A stretch of 64,000 bases of DNA. Origin: a virus. The stretch is taken from the IMG/VR virus record IMGVR_UViG_3300017761_005873, positions 32,001 through 96,000 of that record, one strand, 5' to 3'. Of this stretch, positions 1-10,300 are shown in pieces (position 1 is the first letter of the stretch; every line of letters begins with the position of its first letter). The translations under genes were made by a program, and so were the position numbers. The notes under the pieces are model-generated. The model saw only the letters and a list, made by a program, of their open reading frames with translations. It had not been told where the DNA came from and did no database searches.

Positions 1-504
1 AAATTCAATTTGTCTAATTTTTGCAAATGAAATTGTTGATTTGGCTTTAACATCAATAATTGAATCTTCGGTTACTTTTATATTGTTCTTATAAAATAAC
101 TCTGTAGAATTATCTTTCAAAGAAATAACAATCATATACTTGTCATTAATATGATTGAGATTATTTTCAATAGATTTTTTATTAATATTCCTATCTTTAA
201 TAGAAGAAGTATTTGTTTTGTGTTTTTCCTTCAAATATTGAAATCTATGATTTAGATTTTCATCTCTTAAATCATCAATTTTAATTGTAATTGGATTGTT
301 TTTCTTATCAAAACCAACATAATACTCATTTGTCAATCTTTGTGTTGGAATTGACATAATCTTTTGTAATACTTTACGAATTTCAGGAACTAAATCCTTA
401 ATATTAACCATCTGTCTAACCATAGGGTTATAACAATCTGCATCAAATATTCTTTCGTAAAGAACATTGTTTCTATAAGAAACGGAAAATTTAAAATTGT
501 TCAT
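1..504 (-). CDS. Hypothetical protein, runs off the window edge (partial)
   Basis: ATG at 504 on the minus strand (MNNFKFSVSYRNNVLYERIFDADCYNPMVR...), open to position 1 by manual translation; follows the exonuclease gene in the same operon. Confidence 0.75.
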   Translation of the reverse strand, partial: MNNFKFSVSYRNNVLYERIFDADCYNPMVRQMVNIKDLVPEIRKVLQKIMSIPTQRLTNEYYVGFDKKNNPITIKIDDLRDENLNHRFQYLKEKHKTNTSSIKDRNINKKSIENNLNHINDKYMIVISLKDNSTELFYKNNIKVTEDSIIDVKAKSTISFAKIRQIEF

Positions 505-528
505 TATTTTTTACTTAAATATCTTTTA

Positions 529-1608
529 TCAAATATGCGTGTTTTTTTTGAAAAAATCTTTTTCTCTTAGGATAACAGGATAAAAAGGTTCGTGAAATCT
601 TATAAAATCTGCATTAAAATTTTCAAGATAAGAATCCTCTGTTAACATTTTTAATAAATTCTCTTCGCCTCTACCATTTGGGTCTAAAGGTTCTTCTGCA
701 ACCAAAACAAGTTCAGCCATTGCTTCTTTTGTAAGAAAAGGTTCAAGAAGATTAATTATTTTATAATTGAGTTTGTATTGGTCTAAACCTACCTTACCAA
801 ATGTTTTGAAAATACCTTCAGTAATATTTTCAAGAACTTTAAGAGGTTTCTTTTTATTGGCGATTCTGTCTTCATTTATTTGTCTTGCTTCTTTAATAAT
901 AGTTGCTGCCCTAACTTTTTCTGTTTGAATTTTTGGAAAATGCTTGATAAGAGTGTTTTCACCCAAACCATCAATCCCACTAATATTATCAGAGTCATCG
1001 CCACACATAGTTTTAATAATTGTAAGATTAGAGTAATGATGTTTGAAAAGAAGATAGTAGTTTTTCTTGGTAACATTCTGTTTTAAATTAGCAACATAAA
1101 CAGAGACATTATCATATTCAAGAAGTTGACAAATATCTCTATCGTTAGTGTAAATAGTTATATTTTCTTTATCATGATACTTTTGACAATAATATGCAAT
1201 CATATCATCAGATTCAATTTGGTCAACCTGGACTTGTCTTATAAATAACTCTTCAAGATAGTTTTTTACTCTAACCATCTGCCAAAGATATGATTCTTTT
1301 TCTTGTTGTTGTTTTTTAATTTCAGAAGGTGTTAAATCAATCTTTTTATACCATTCTTTTCCTTCACGATTAGCCTTATATTCTCTATAAATATTATATC
1401 TAAGTTTACCACCGTTCTCTCCATCCCAAAATACAATAACTTTATTAATATTTTGGGAACGGATGAGACTTCGGGTTTGCATTATAAATTGATAGAGACC
1501 ACCAATGTGACGAGTTCCGTTAAATGTGTGTTTAGCACCATTAAAAGACCGTTTTAAAAGGTAGTTTCCATCAATTAATAATGTATTTATAGGGAATTTA
1601 CTTACCAT
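529..1608 (-). CDS. 5'-3' exonuclease / flap endonuclease (T4 RNase H / PolI N-terminal family)
   Basis: Motifs LLIDGNYL, VFWDG, YKANR, ESDD, TNDRD and the H3TH-like GDDSDNISGIDGLG. Confidence 0.92.
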   Translation of the reverse strand: MVSKFPINTLLIDGNYLLKRSFNGAKHTFNGTRHIGGLYQFIMQTRSLIRSQNINKVIVFWDGENGGKLRYNIYREYKANREGKEWYKKIDLTPSEIKKQQQEKESYLWQMVRVKNYLEELFIRQVQVDQIESDDMIAYYCQKYHDKENITIYTNDRDICQLLEYDNVSVYVANLKQNVTKKNYYLLFKHHYSNLTIIKTMCGDDSDNISGIDGLGENTLIKHFPKIQTEKVRAATIIKEARQINEDRIANKKKPLKVLENITEGIFKTFGKVGLDQYKLNYKIINLLEPFLTKEAMAELVLVAEEPLDPNGRGEENLLKMLTEDSYLENFNADFIRFHEPFYPVILREKDFFKKNTHI

Positions 1609-2666
1609 TAATCTTCTTTAGAATTATCTTGAATGCGTACTAATTGTACATCATCAATTCCTTCTTCACCGATTTCAGAAAGTAATTCAGATAAGTGGTT
1701 CTTTTTGAATTCCTCAAGGTCGGACTCCAATACAAGACCATAACTTGTTGAAAGAATTTTACCTTCAAATGAAATATTTGAAACGTGATTCTTTGCAACT
1801 TTTACAGGTGCTAGAATACCTAATGCTGTTACTTTTTTATTTTTAGTAATATTAATTTTTTCAACACCTCTAGTTTTTACACCACCAACATGAATAATTA
1901 ATCTAGCAACTGAATATGCTGATTCACCTCCTTTATGTCTAACAACACCTTGTCCACCTGCTTGTGAGTCAAACCAAATCTTTTGAACACCAATAGCAGT
2001 TGCAGTATATTTCTTACTTACTTTTCTTGTGGATGGAATTCTTTGGTGAAAAATACCTTTAAAGGATTGTTCCATTGCACCTGCATTCCACATATTATTT
2101 GCTTCTTTATCTTTCTCCTTTGCAGATAATGTTTTTCTACAATCGCTTGAACCAAATGAATCAATACAGAATACAACATCCATTTGGAGTTCATCTCTTT
2201 CTTGTGCATCTAAAATATCATGCATGAATTCGGAAATATCTTCAATAGATGATTCTTTAAATTCTTTATTATATTTTTTACCGTAATTTTGAAGCAAATA
2301 ATCAGTATCAACATATAAATGAGGCAAATCAAAGTCAAAACCCATTTTAGCAAGGTGGTCTTTTTTCATTGCATTTTCAGTATCAATGATAATTGGTAGT
2401 TCACCATTTTGTTGAGCAGAAACTGCTGCTCCATAAACAAATGTTGACTTACCTGTATCGGAATATCCTCTTACTAATGTTAATTCACAACGTGGTATAC
2501 CTTCAAGACCAATAACTTCTTGATATGCTTTACCCATCGGTAACCAAGATAATGGTTTTACATCTTCATCATTAATCTTAAACTTTTGTTTAAAATCTGC
2601 TAATGAAAACTCTTTCTTTTTAATTGGTTTTTTTTCTTCGGAATCGTTTACTAATGTTCTACCCAT
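1608..2666 (-). CDS. RecA/UvsX-like recombinase
   Basis: Walker A GYSDTGKST, IIIDTE, Walker B-like FCIDS, C-terminal KVAKNH. Confidence 0.88.
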   Translation of the reverse strand: MGRTLVNDSEEKKPIKKKEFSLADFKQKFKINDEDVKPLSWLPMGKAYQEVIGLEGIPRCELTLVRGYSDTGKSTFVYGAAVSAQQNGELPIIIDTENAMKKDHLAKMGFDFDLPHLYVDTDYLLQNYGKKYNKEFKESSIEDISEFMHDILDAQERDELQMDVVFCIDSFGSSDCRKTLSAKEKDKEANNMWNAGAMEQSFKGIFHQRIPSTRKVSKKYTATAIGVQKIWFDSQAGGQGVVRHKGGESAYSVARLIIHVGGVKTRGVEKINITKNKKVTALGILAPVKVAKNHVSNISFEGKILSTSYGLVLESDLEEFKKNHLSELLSEIGEEGIDDVQLVRIQDNSKED

Positions 2667-2700
2667 ATAGATATTTTAATTATTTTAATTAATAGATATA

Positions 2701-2760
2701 AAAAAAGGATGCGACAACAATAAGTAAGGGTGAGTATGAAACTTACTGTGTCGCATCCTT
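2701..2760 (-). terminator. Long-stem intrinsic terminator / structured RNA between the SSB-like gene and recA
   Basis: Perfect 12-bp inverted repeat AAGGATGCGACA (2705-2716) / TGTCGCATCCTT (2749-2760), extended by about 8 inner pairs, 15-nt loop, followed by a U-tract on the minus strand. Confidence 0.75.
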
Positions 2761-2772
2761 AATGATTACCGT

Positions 2773-3642
2773 TTAGAACGGCAAATCATCGTCATCATCA
2801 GCATTAAGGTCTAAGGGAGAATTGACCTTTTTTGTTGAGTTTGTAACTGTAGCTGATGATTCCATTACAAATTCTGCATCACTATCATCACCATCTTCAT
2901 CAAAGATTTGAGAAGAAGTGAGTGAATTGTTCATAGATGCTGATTTGTTTTCTCCAATATCATATGTAGCAGATTTGATTGCTTCATTGATAAGTTCAAT
3001 TTCTTTCAAAAAGAAATCTTGTTGTTTTTTTCTGTTGTCAATGGTTACCATTTCGCCATCAACTTTTTTGGTTACTTCAAAAGAAGGAATATCTTTTGCA
3101 TTATATTTCCAATCAACTTTTGTTGAATCTTCCATATAAATGCTAAAGTTTTTACTTCCTGAAACCCAATCTTTTGCACATCTTAGAGCAAGATTAAACC
3201 TTTTAGTTTCTGTTTTATCAACTGATTGTGAAATATACAGTTTAACATAACCAAGTTTATTGTTTGCTGCTAACCATCCAATAGAATTTACAAAACCAAA
3301 GATATAAGTACTTACTCTTTTGTCTTGTGAGGTAAATGGTAAGTCAAGGATAAAGATTTCACCACTATCATCGGTGAATTCAAAATTTACCTTTGGACTT
3401 GGAATTTTAGTGCCATCTGTTCTTGTAATAAGATTATCAAGAATAGGTGTTACTCTAGTCAAAAATCCATAAAAAGGTTTAGGATAGTTGTTTTGGTCAA
3501 CCATCGGAAGCTTTTCATACTGACCATTATTGTTTTTTTTGTTTACAACGAAGAATTTCGATGTTACTTTGTTGTCATTTGACTTTGTTGAACCCAATGA
3601 CATGTAGGTTCGGTTTTTTCTTTCATTCGTTTCAAAACCCAT
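2773..3642 (-). CDS. Putative single-stranded DNA-binding protein
   Basis: Acidic C-terminal tail ending DDDDDLPF; position directly upstream of recA and the exonuclease; core not recognisably gp32. Confidence 0.55.
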   Translation of the reverse strand: MGFETNERKNRTYMSLGSTKSNDNKVTSKFFVVNKKNNNGQYEKLPMVDQNNYPKPFYGFLTRVTPILDNLITRTDGTKIPSPKVNFEFTDDSGEIFILDLPFTSQDKRVSTYIFGFVNSIGWLAANNKLGYVKLYISQSVDKTETKRFNLALRCAKDWVSGSKNFSIYMEDSTKVDWKYNAKDIPSFEVTKKVDGEMVTIDNRKKQQDFFLKEIELINEAIKSATYDIGENKSASMNNSLTSSQIFDEDGDDSDAEFVMESSATVTNSTKKVNSPLDLNADDDDDLPF

Positions 3643-3685
3643 GATGTTAAAAATTTAAAATGTTAAAAATTAATTATTGTTTAAA

Positions 3686-3693
3686 CAAATATA
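3686..3693 (-). promoter_or_regulatory. Bacteroidota-type -7 promoter element (TATATTTG)
   Basis: Matches TAnnTTTG in the intergenic region upstream of the SSB-like gene. Confidence 0.55.
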
Positions 3694-3742
3694 TATGTTT
3701 TTTTGTAAATAGTCTGATTTTAATGAAAAAAAGTGAAAATTT

Positions 3743-5725
3743 TTAATTTGTCACTCTAAATTTCACATAATTTGTATTAGGATATTGAACACCATTTTTA
3801 TCTAATGCTCTCATTTCTATTGTGTAATCGTGAGCAATAAACCAAGAAAAATCAACTTCTGTAAAATATTCATTATTAACTTTTGATGCTTTAGTATATG
3901 GTATCACATCAATTTGATTCTTGCCCTGATTAACAAAAATTCTAAATTCAATATCACCAATAATGCTTTTTAAAATCTTTGTTTCAATTAGTCTTTTTGC
4001 TTTAAAAACTAATCTTTTTACACCTGATTTTTTTGTAATTGATTCACTTGATTTAATACCCAATACATTTATATATACTTCAGTACCATATGTTAGACTA
4101 GTACCATCATTTAGATTTTCTTTAGATATATTGAATTCTTTTTCAAGAATTTTAATTTTACCATTTTGTGTATAATACCATTTAGCATAAAATATTTCTA
4201 CATCTTCATATGTTTCAGAATCAATTGTAGTTGTATATTTATAATTATAACCATTTAATGGTGTAAATCCTGATGTAACATTTAATATTGTTTGTTCATA
4301 ATAATCAACTATTTCTAATCTATCCAATGATGTGATTGGTGTTTGAGATACAAAAAAGAAATCATTTGGTGTATCAAAAATTAAACAACATGTTTCATCA
4401 TTTACTCTATCATCATATAAAGTTTCTAAAAATGGTTCAAAAAATGTTTGTGTATATTTTGAAAAGAATGTTACTACATTCTTACTTACTGCTGTTAATG
4501 TTTCTGTATTTGCCGAATATACGATTGCAATACCATTATTTGGATTTCCTGAAAATAATATACCATTTACATAATCAGTTATATCAACTTCAATATCTTC
4601 ATTACCAATTTCAAATCTTTGAGAACTTATGATTGATAAATTTGTTGCTCCTGTTGTATATGTATATGATGTTTCAACTTTTGTTGAAAAATCAAAATTA
4701 TCAAAGAAAAAATTATAATTATCTGTTATTCCACTTGTTCCATCAATTTTTAAAGACAGAGTATATGATGTATTACCTGTAAAACCACTTGGAACTGTAA
4801 ATTTATATTCTAAATTATTCCAAACACCTGAATTAAATGCTGATGTATATTCAATAGTAGAATTCAATATAATACCTGAATCTAAACTAGGTGATACATC
4901 AAGATAAATATGTTTATAATCACAAGTATAACTACTTAAATCAAATATTTTTCCTGTAATATAATAACTTGTATTTGCACTTGTATTTGCTGATATTGTT
5001 ATTGGTGTTGTAAATGTAAAAAGTGTGTTTGTTGGTGAATAAAATGAATAATTTAATGGGTCAGTATTTGATAGTTGTAATGAATTTAATCCTGAATACT
5101 TATAAAGTGTTGATGATGTTAAAATACTATTAGTGGTATCACTTGTGATACCTGTTATATTTAATTCAAAAGTACCAAAATCACCATCAATTATTTGATT
5201 TGATGTATTACCTGTTGTAAGACCTGTAACACTAATAATATCATCAATATAATTAGTATCATTTAAAAAAATACCAGGTTGAAACCAACTAACTTGAGGG
5301 TTTTTTCTGTTATACCAATTAGCTGCTGATTTATTTAAATCAATTTCTCTAAATTGTCTATCATTGTAGACATAATCATAACCTGTACCTTCGTCAAATT
5401 CTTCACTTAAATTAATGAATGCTAAATCAAAACCACTTGCTCTTTTTGATGTAATAAAATCAACACCAACTAAATCATCATTCATTGAAATACAATTCTT
5501 AATTTTTAAAAAATGTGATTTAATTGTATGTTCATTTAACGTATTGCTTGATATTTTTTGTTTTAATTTATCTAGGTCTATATTAAAAACATAGCGACTT
5601 ATTATAGTGGTTGCACTTGTCTCACCACCACCATAAGTAAGTTCAATAATAGGATTTCTTGAATTGTTTGAAAACGAATTCTTTATTAGAATTGCTTGTT
5701 TTTTAAAGTAAGACCTGAATATCAT
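3743..5725 (-). CDS. Virion structural protein with a probable carbohydrate-binding-module-like beta-sandwich insert
   Basis: Beta-rich, S/T-rich; central segment IIDGDFGTFE...WNNLEYKFTVP...FFFDNFDF resembles CBM4/9-type modules; in a late operon. Confidence 0.5.
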   Translation of the reverse strand: MIFRSYFKKQAILIKNSFSNNSRNPIIELTYGGGETSATTIISRYVFNIDLDKLKQKISSNTLNEHTIKSHFLKIKNCISMNDDLVGVDFITSKRASGFDLAFINLSEEFDEGTGYDYVYNDRQFREIDLNKSAANWYNRKNPQVSWFQPGIFLNDTNYIDDIISVTGLTTGNTSNQIIDGDFGTFELNITGITSDTTNSILTSSTLYKYSGLNSLQLSNTDPLNYSFYSPTNTLFTFTTPITISANTSANTSYYITGKIFDLSSYTCDYKHIYLDVSPSLDSGIILNSTIEYTSAFNSGVWNNLEYKFTVPSGFTGNTSYTLSLKIDGTSGITDNYNFFFDNFDFSTKVETSYTYTTGATNLSIISSQRFEIGNEDIEVDITDYVNGILFSGNPNNGIAIVYSANTETLTAVSKNVVTFFSKYTQTFFEPFLETLYDDRVNDETCCLIFDTPNDFFFVSQTPITSLDRLEIVDYYEQTILNVTSGFTPLNGYNYKYTTTIDSETYEDVEIFYAKWYYTQNGKIKILEKEFNISKENLNDGTSLTYGTEVYINVLGIKSSESITKKSGVKRLVFKAKRLIETKILKSIIGDIEFRIFVNQGKNQIDVIPYTKASKVNNEYFTEVDFSWFIAHDYTIEMRALDKNGVQYPNTNYVKFRVTN

Positions 5726-6414
5726 TAGGTATTTTTAATTATATCTTTAATTTGTAAATCACTAATTTCAGGTGTTTTGTAAACTCCCGAATTCATGCCT
5801 TTTTCATTTTCGCTATATTGTTTATCACCATAATATAAAGAACCATTTACTAAATCATTTCTACCATGTTTCATAAAATATTGATTCCAATAGTCTTCAA
5901 TTGATTGTGCGCCTGTAGTATTTGAAATCATTTTATTTAATGATTCAAGTGGTGTTGGTGGTGTAAGTTTTTCAACTCTTTGGTTTAGTTCATTATACTT
6001 ATTACCCATTTCACCAACATTTGATGATATTTCATCTGTCTTTTGACCTAACATTTGAAGAAGTTTAACAGAATCGTTGATATATCCTGTTAATTTATCA
6101 ATTTTAGATGCATGTATTTTAAGTAAATCACTTGCCGTATCTTCAAAACCTTGATTATCTGTTACATTAACATCAACGTCTGTTTTATTTTCAATAGGTT
6201 GTTCGATAGTTGATTCTTGACTAACTTCTGTTTCGGGTTTTTTATTTGTATCAAGAGAGTCTCCTAATTCATTAAAGACATTACCTGAAATATTATCATC
6301 AGATGGTGTTTCATCTTGTTCGTCTTGTTCAACGACAGCACCTTTTTTTACTTGATATTCAAGCAAAAATCTAAATCTGTCATAAGATTGTTTTTTCTTA
6401 TATTTAACTCTCAT
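5725..6414 (-). CDS. Hypothetical protein (acidic linker plus coiled coil), possibly head-associated
   Basis: 229-aa ORF translationally coupled to its neighbours; LLE motif near the N-terminus. Confidence 0.7.
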   Translation of the reverse strand: MRVKYKKKQSYDRFRFLLEYQVKKGAVVEQDEQDETPSDDNISGNVFNELGDSLDTNKKPETEVSQESTIEQPIENKTDVDVNVTDNQGFEDTASDLLKIHASKIDKLTGYINDSVKLLQMLGQKTDEISSNVGEMGNKYNELNQRVEKLTPPTPLESLNKMISNTTGAQSIEDYWNQYFMKHGRNDLVNGSLYYGDKQYSENEKGMNSGVYKTPEISDLQIKDIIKNT

Positions 6415-6416
6415 AA

Positions 6417-6608
6417 TTACTGCTCAAATCTAACTTCTTTCAATAATTGTCTACCATCATTGGTTACATACTTTTTGTTAATAACTTCAGTATGTTCAAA
6501 TAAACCATCTCTAACTTTAATAACAACTTCATTTTCATCTAGTTGTTCTTCATTTTGTTTTGGCGAGATGATTTCAGAAAGTTTATTGTTTAAATCCTTA
6601 TTTTCCAT
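6417..6608 (-). CDS. Small hypothetical protein
   Basis: 63-aa ORF preceded by the late motif ACTAATTATA (6620-6629). Confidence 0.7.
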   Translation of the reverse strand: MENKDLNNKLSEIISPKQNEEQLDENEVVIKVRDGLFEHTEVINKKYVTNDGRQLLKEVRFEQ

Positions 6609-6624
6609 AGTTATTTTCTTATAA

Positions 6625-7269
6625 TTAGTATTTATTTTGATGTTTTAAATAAATAAAATATGGAATTGTCTTTTCTATAAAAAAATTATCTTGAAAAGAA
6701 AAAAGATTTGTGAAATAATTAAAAATCTTTAAATCTTTATCATAAAAAAATTGTTTATCATTGAATAAATCATCCAAATCATTAAAACTTATTAAATCAA
6801 ACCAAAAAAATTCATTCAGATTTATTATAAAAATTTTGTTATTTATACTTGAATAACAATATAACATTTTATTTACTTGATAATAAATATCTATGTCTAA
6901 TGTTTTTATGTGTTCTATTAATTGTTTCTTCTCATTAATGTTTTTAAAAAAAACATCAATAATTTCAAAATTTAAAAAATTTAAATAAATATTATGAATA
7001 CCAATTATAAATTCTTCATATCTTTTTAGAAATTCTGATAAATATTCTTCAGGTGAATAACACCAATAAATATTTTTTTCAATATGATTATTACTTAAAT
7101 CAACTTTATTGGGATAAAGTTCTTTTGCCTTTTTAATACCAACAATTAATAATGGTTTATCGTTATATATTTTATTAACAATTGAAATATTTTTTGTAAT
7201 AGGATAATGGGAATATGTTGACAAATAAGGATTTGTCGAATCAATACCGTATAAATATGCCAATTTCAT
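6625..7269 (-). CDS. Hypothetical protein
   Basis: 214-aa ORF preceded by a TAGATTTG box. Confidence 0.7.
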   Translation of the reverse strand: MKLAYLYGIDSTNPYLSTYSHYPITKNISIVNKIYNDKPLLIVGIKKAKELYPNKVDLSNNHIEKNIYWCYSPEEYLSEFLKRYEEFIIGIHNIYLNFLNFEIIDVFFKNINEKKQLIEHIKTLDIDIYYQVNKMLYCYSSINNKIFIINLNEFFWFDLISFNDLDDLFNDKQFFYDKDLKIFNYFTNLFSFQDNFFIEKTIPYFIYLKHQNKY

Positions 7270-7276
7270 AATTGCA

Positions 7277-7303
7277 CAAATCTACGGAAAATTTTTAGAT
7301 TTG
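7277..7303 (-). promoter_or_regulatory. TAGATTTG -7 box embedded in an 8-bp inverted repeat
   Basis: CAAATCTA (7277-7284) / TAGATTTG (7296-7303); the minus-strand copy lies 7 nt upstream of the ATG at 7269. Confidence 0.5.
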
Positions 7304-7324
7304 CCGTAATTTTATGAAAAAAAA

Positions 7325-10300
7325 TTAAAGATAAATTTGGTATTGTATTAATTTTTGTTGTAAATCTGAAGTAATATTATTATAAATATTTGAGTCTATA
7401 TATTTTGCACTATTGTAGTATGTTTGCTTAACCCAATTCCCATCTTTTGTTGCCAAATCTTTTATTAGTGCAATTGCTGCATCAGCATCACTACCTGATA
7501 CTATTGCTGCTCTTATGTTTATCATATTTGGGTCTTTGCTTCTTATACTACCAAATCCATATGAAACATATGTTAGTGCAATTTGTGCTTTTTGACCTAA
7601 TTTAGCAAATCCTGTTGGATTAACAGCCCTTGTAATATCTAAAAACTTTTTAAAGGTAAAATCAAATGCTTTATCTGCATGATTTTTTGTATAAAATTTT
7701 GTTAAATATCCTTTGTATTTATCATCATTTCTAGCAGCATCCCATTGAGCCAAACCACGTTTTGTTAAACTTTTATTATAATTATATTTTTCAACATGAC
7801 CATTATCTATTTTTTTAAAATTAATAATACCTGTACCTAAATCAATATGTCTGGGCCATTGTGTCTTATCACTTGGTAATGTTCTGTAATATTTACCATT
7901 AAATCTGTCATCGCCTTTTGCTTTTAAAGCACTATCTAATGCAAATATTTCACTACCATAACCTATTCTCCAATTGTTTACATCCCAATATGTATGGTCA
8001 ACAAATCCTTCTTTTGGTATAACAAATCTTCTAGCATTTGTATAAAAATCATCTGATGGGTTAAATGTTGGTAAATCAATATTTCCTAATACACCTAAAT
8101 CATTTAAACCTTGAGTATAAATATCATTATTAAGAAAATCAACAAATTGTTGTGTTATGATTGGATTTGTATCTTTTTTTAATCTATATCCTTTGAATGT
8201 TGTTTCTAATCTTTGTGTGTCTGCGTTAATTGAATGTGATACACTATGAATAATATATAGACCATCAAATAATGGCATATGTTCTTGGTAAAAATATTGA
8301 GTTGGTTGAATACCCATATTACCAAATGGTATTTTTACTGTTGAAACATAACTTTGCTTTTGATAAACATTTAATAATGATTGCCCTTTTGGTATTGCAT
8401 ATGAATTACTTGAATTATTAATAATTTCAGATTGTATTCTTAATCCTTCATCTGTATTTTTTAAAGATTCAGTTGATATTTGAAGATTTGAAAATACTGA
8501 TTGATTTTGTAATCCTGTGAATTTAACTAAAAATGCATTTAAGTCTGTTCCAAAATCTGATGGTATTTTATCTTTAGTAATTCCATCATTTTGCAATTGT
8601 GAAGTTGGTAATGAATTTGGATTGCTTGATAAAGCACCAACATACATTGCAACAAATACAGGTTTTGTTGTTTCGGGATTATTTAAATTTATATCAAAAA
8701 GAGTATTATAATTTTTTGTAGTTGTTATAAAACTTTGAAACGGATAAAACCAAAAATTATTATCAGATAATAGTCTTGATATTGAACTTAATAAACTAAC
8801 ATCAGTATCGTTAATATCATTTAATAATGTTTTAACATCTAAAATACAATCATTTCCTATATTTTTATATGCTCTATCAATAAATTTAAAAGAACTTGTA
8901 TCATTGTTATTTACCGAAAGTAATATATCAGCTTCTTCAACACCATGAAGATAATTTTCATAAATTATTTGAAAGGATTTGTAAATAGCTAATTTAACTT
9001 CAGGGTCATTAATGTATGAACCAAAAGATTTTAATTTATCTTGTATTTTTTTATCATCCTCTTTTATAAATTGTGCAACTTTAGGTAATAAAACTTTTAA
9101 ATATTGTGTATATAATGTATCAGAATCTATACCACCAGTAAAAAAACTATCAAAAACATTATTATTATCATATGATGTAAAAGAAAAATCATTAACACTT
9201 AAATATCTTTTTTGATAAAAATATTCAATAATTTCTTCACTATTACCTGGTGAACCTAAAGTTCTTTTAATACTTATTATGTCTACATTACTAAGAGATG
9301 GAATATTTGTATTTATAAAATAACTATAGCTAAAACCAAATTTTATTCTAGAAAGTTCATATTCTTCTAATAAATAATTATATATTGGTGTATTTTTTTT
9401 TATATATAATTTTTTTAAATCTAATAGTTTAAAAGAAACTGGAATGTCTAAAATATCTTTATTAGGATAAAAATCTACATTTGCTTTTAATAAACCACCT
9501 AAAACAATTAATATTCCTCTTGGTATTTCAATTAAAGATGGATATCTTGCATTATCATATAATTTAATCATATTAAATGCAGTTGGCATACTTGTAGTTA
9601 CAATATCTGGTCTTTCAACTAATGTTGATATAAACCCATCTTCATCAAGTTGTTTTTGTAATGTTTTGACAGCAAAAATACTATCATAATCACTTTCATT
9701 TTGATTTAATTTTGTATCTTGAATATAAAATATATTATCTTTTGTTATTTTATATTGAACTTTAGTATCATGTAATGTTTTCATAAATGAACTAATGATA
9801 TCACCAGGTTGTGAACTATCTGATATTAAATTTTTATTAGGTGATATTGTTGAAACTGTTACATAATTATCATCAAATAGTTTAATATTATTATATAAAG
9901 GTAAACTTTTTCTATCATTAACAGTTCCTTTAAATAATTCATGATTTTCATTTGCAAAAATACCATTTACTTCTTCATAGAAAAAATTATCAGAAAAAGT
10001 ATTTGATAATTGTGTTATATCTTTTTTTAATTTATCATTTAATGATACTGAATATGCAATATTTCTAGCCTCAATTTCTGCCATTAAAAAAAATAAAGAT
10101 TTTTTAATCTCTACACTATCAACATTTTTATCAACAAATAATTCCTTTGTAAATGTTAACCAATCTTGTTTAACATCTTGGGTATTAGTCCAATTAGAAT
10201 ATTCATTTGGTGTAAGATTTGTAAAACTAATATTTATATTTACCAAACATAAAAATCTTTCATAAATTAATTGATAAAATTCTTTATTTGTTTTGTTAAA

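Noticed and set aside
2701-2760. tRNA or riboswitch
   Set aside because: Single stem-loop only; no cloverleaf, T-loop or known aptamer motif visible
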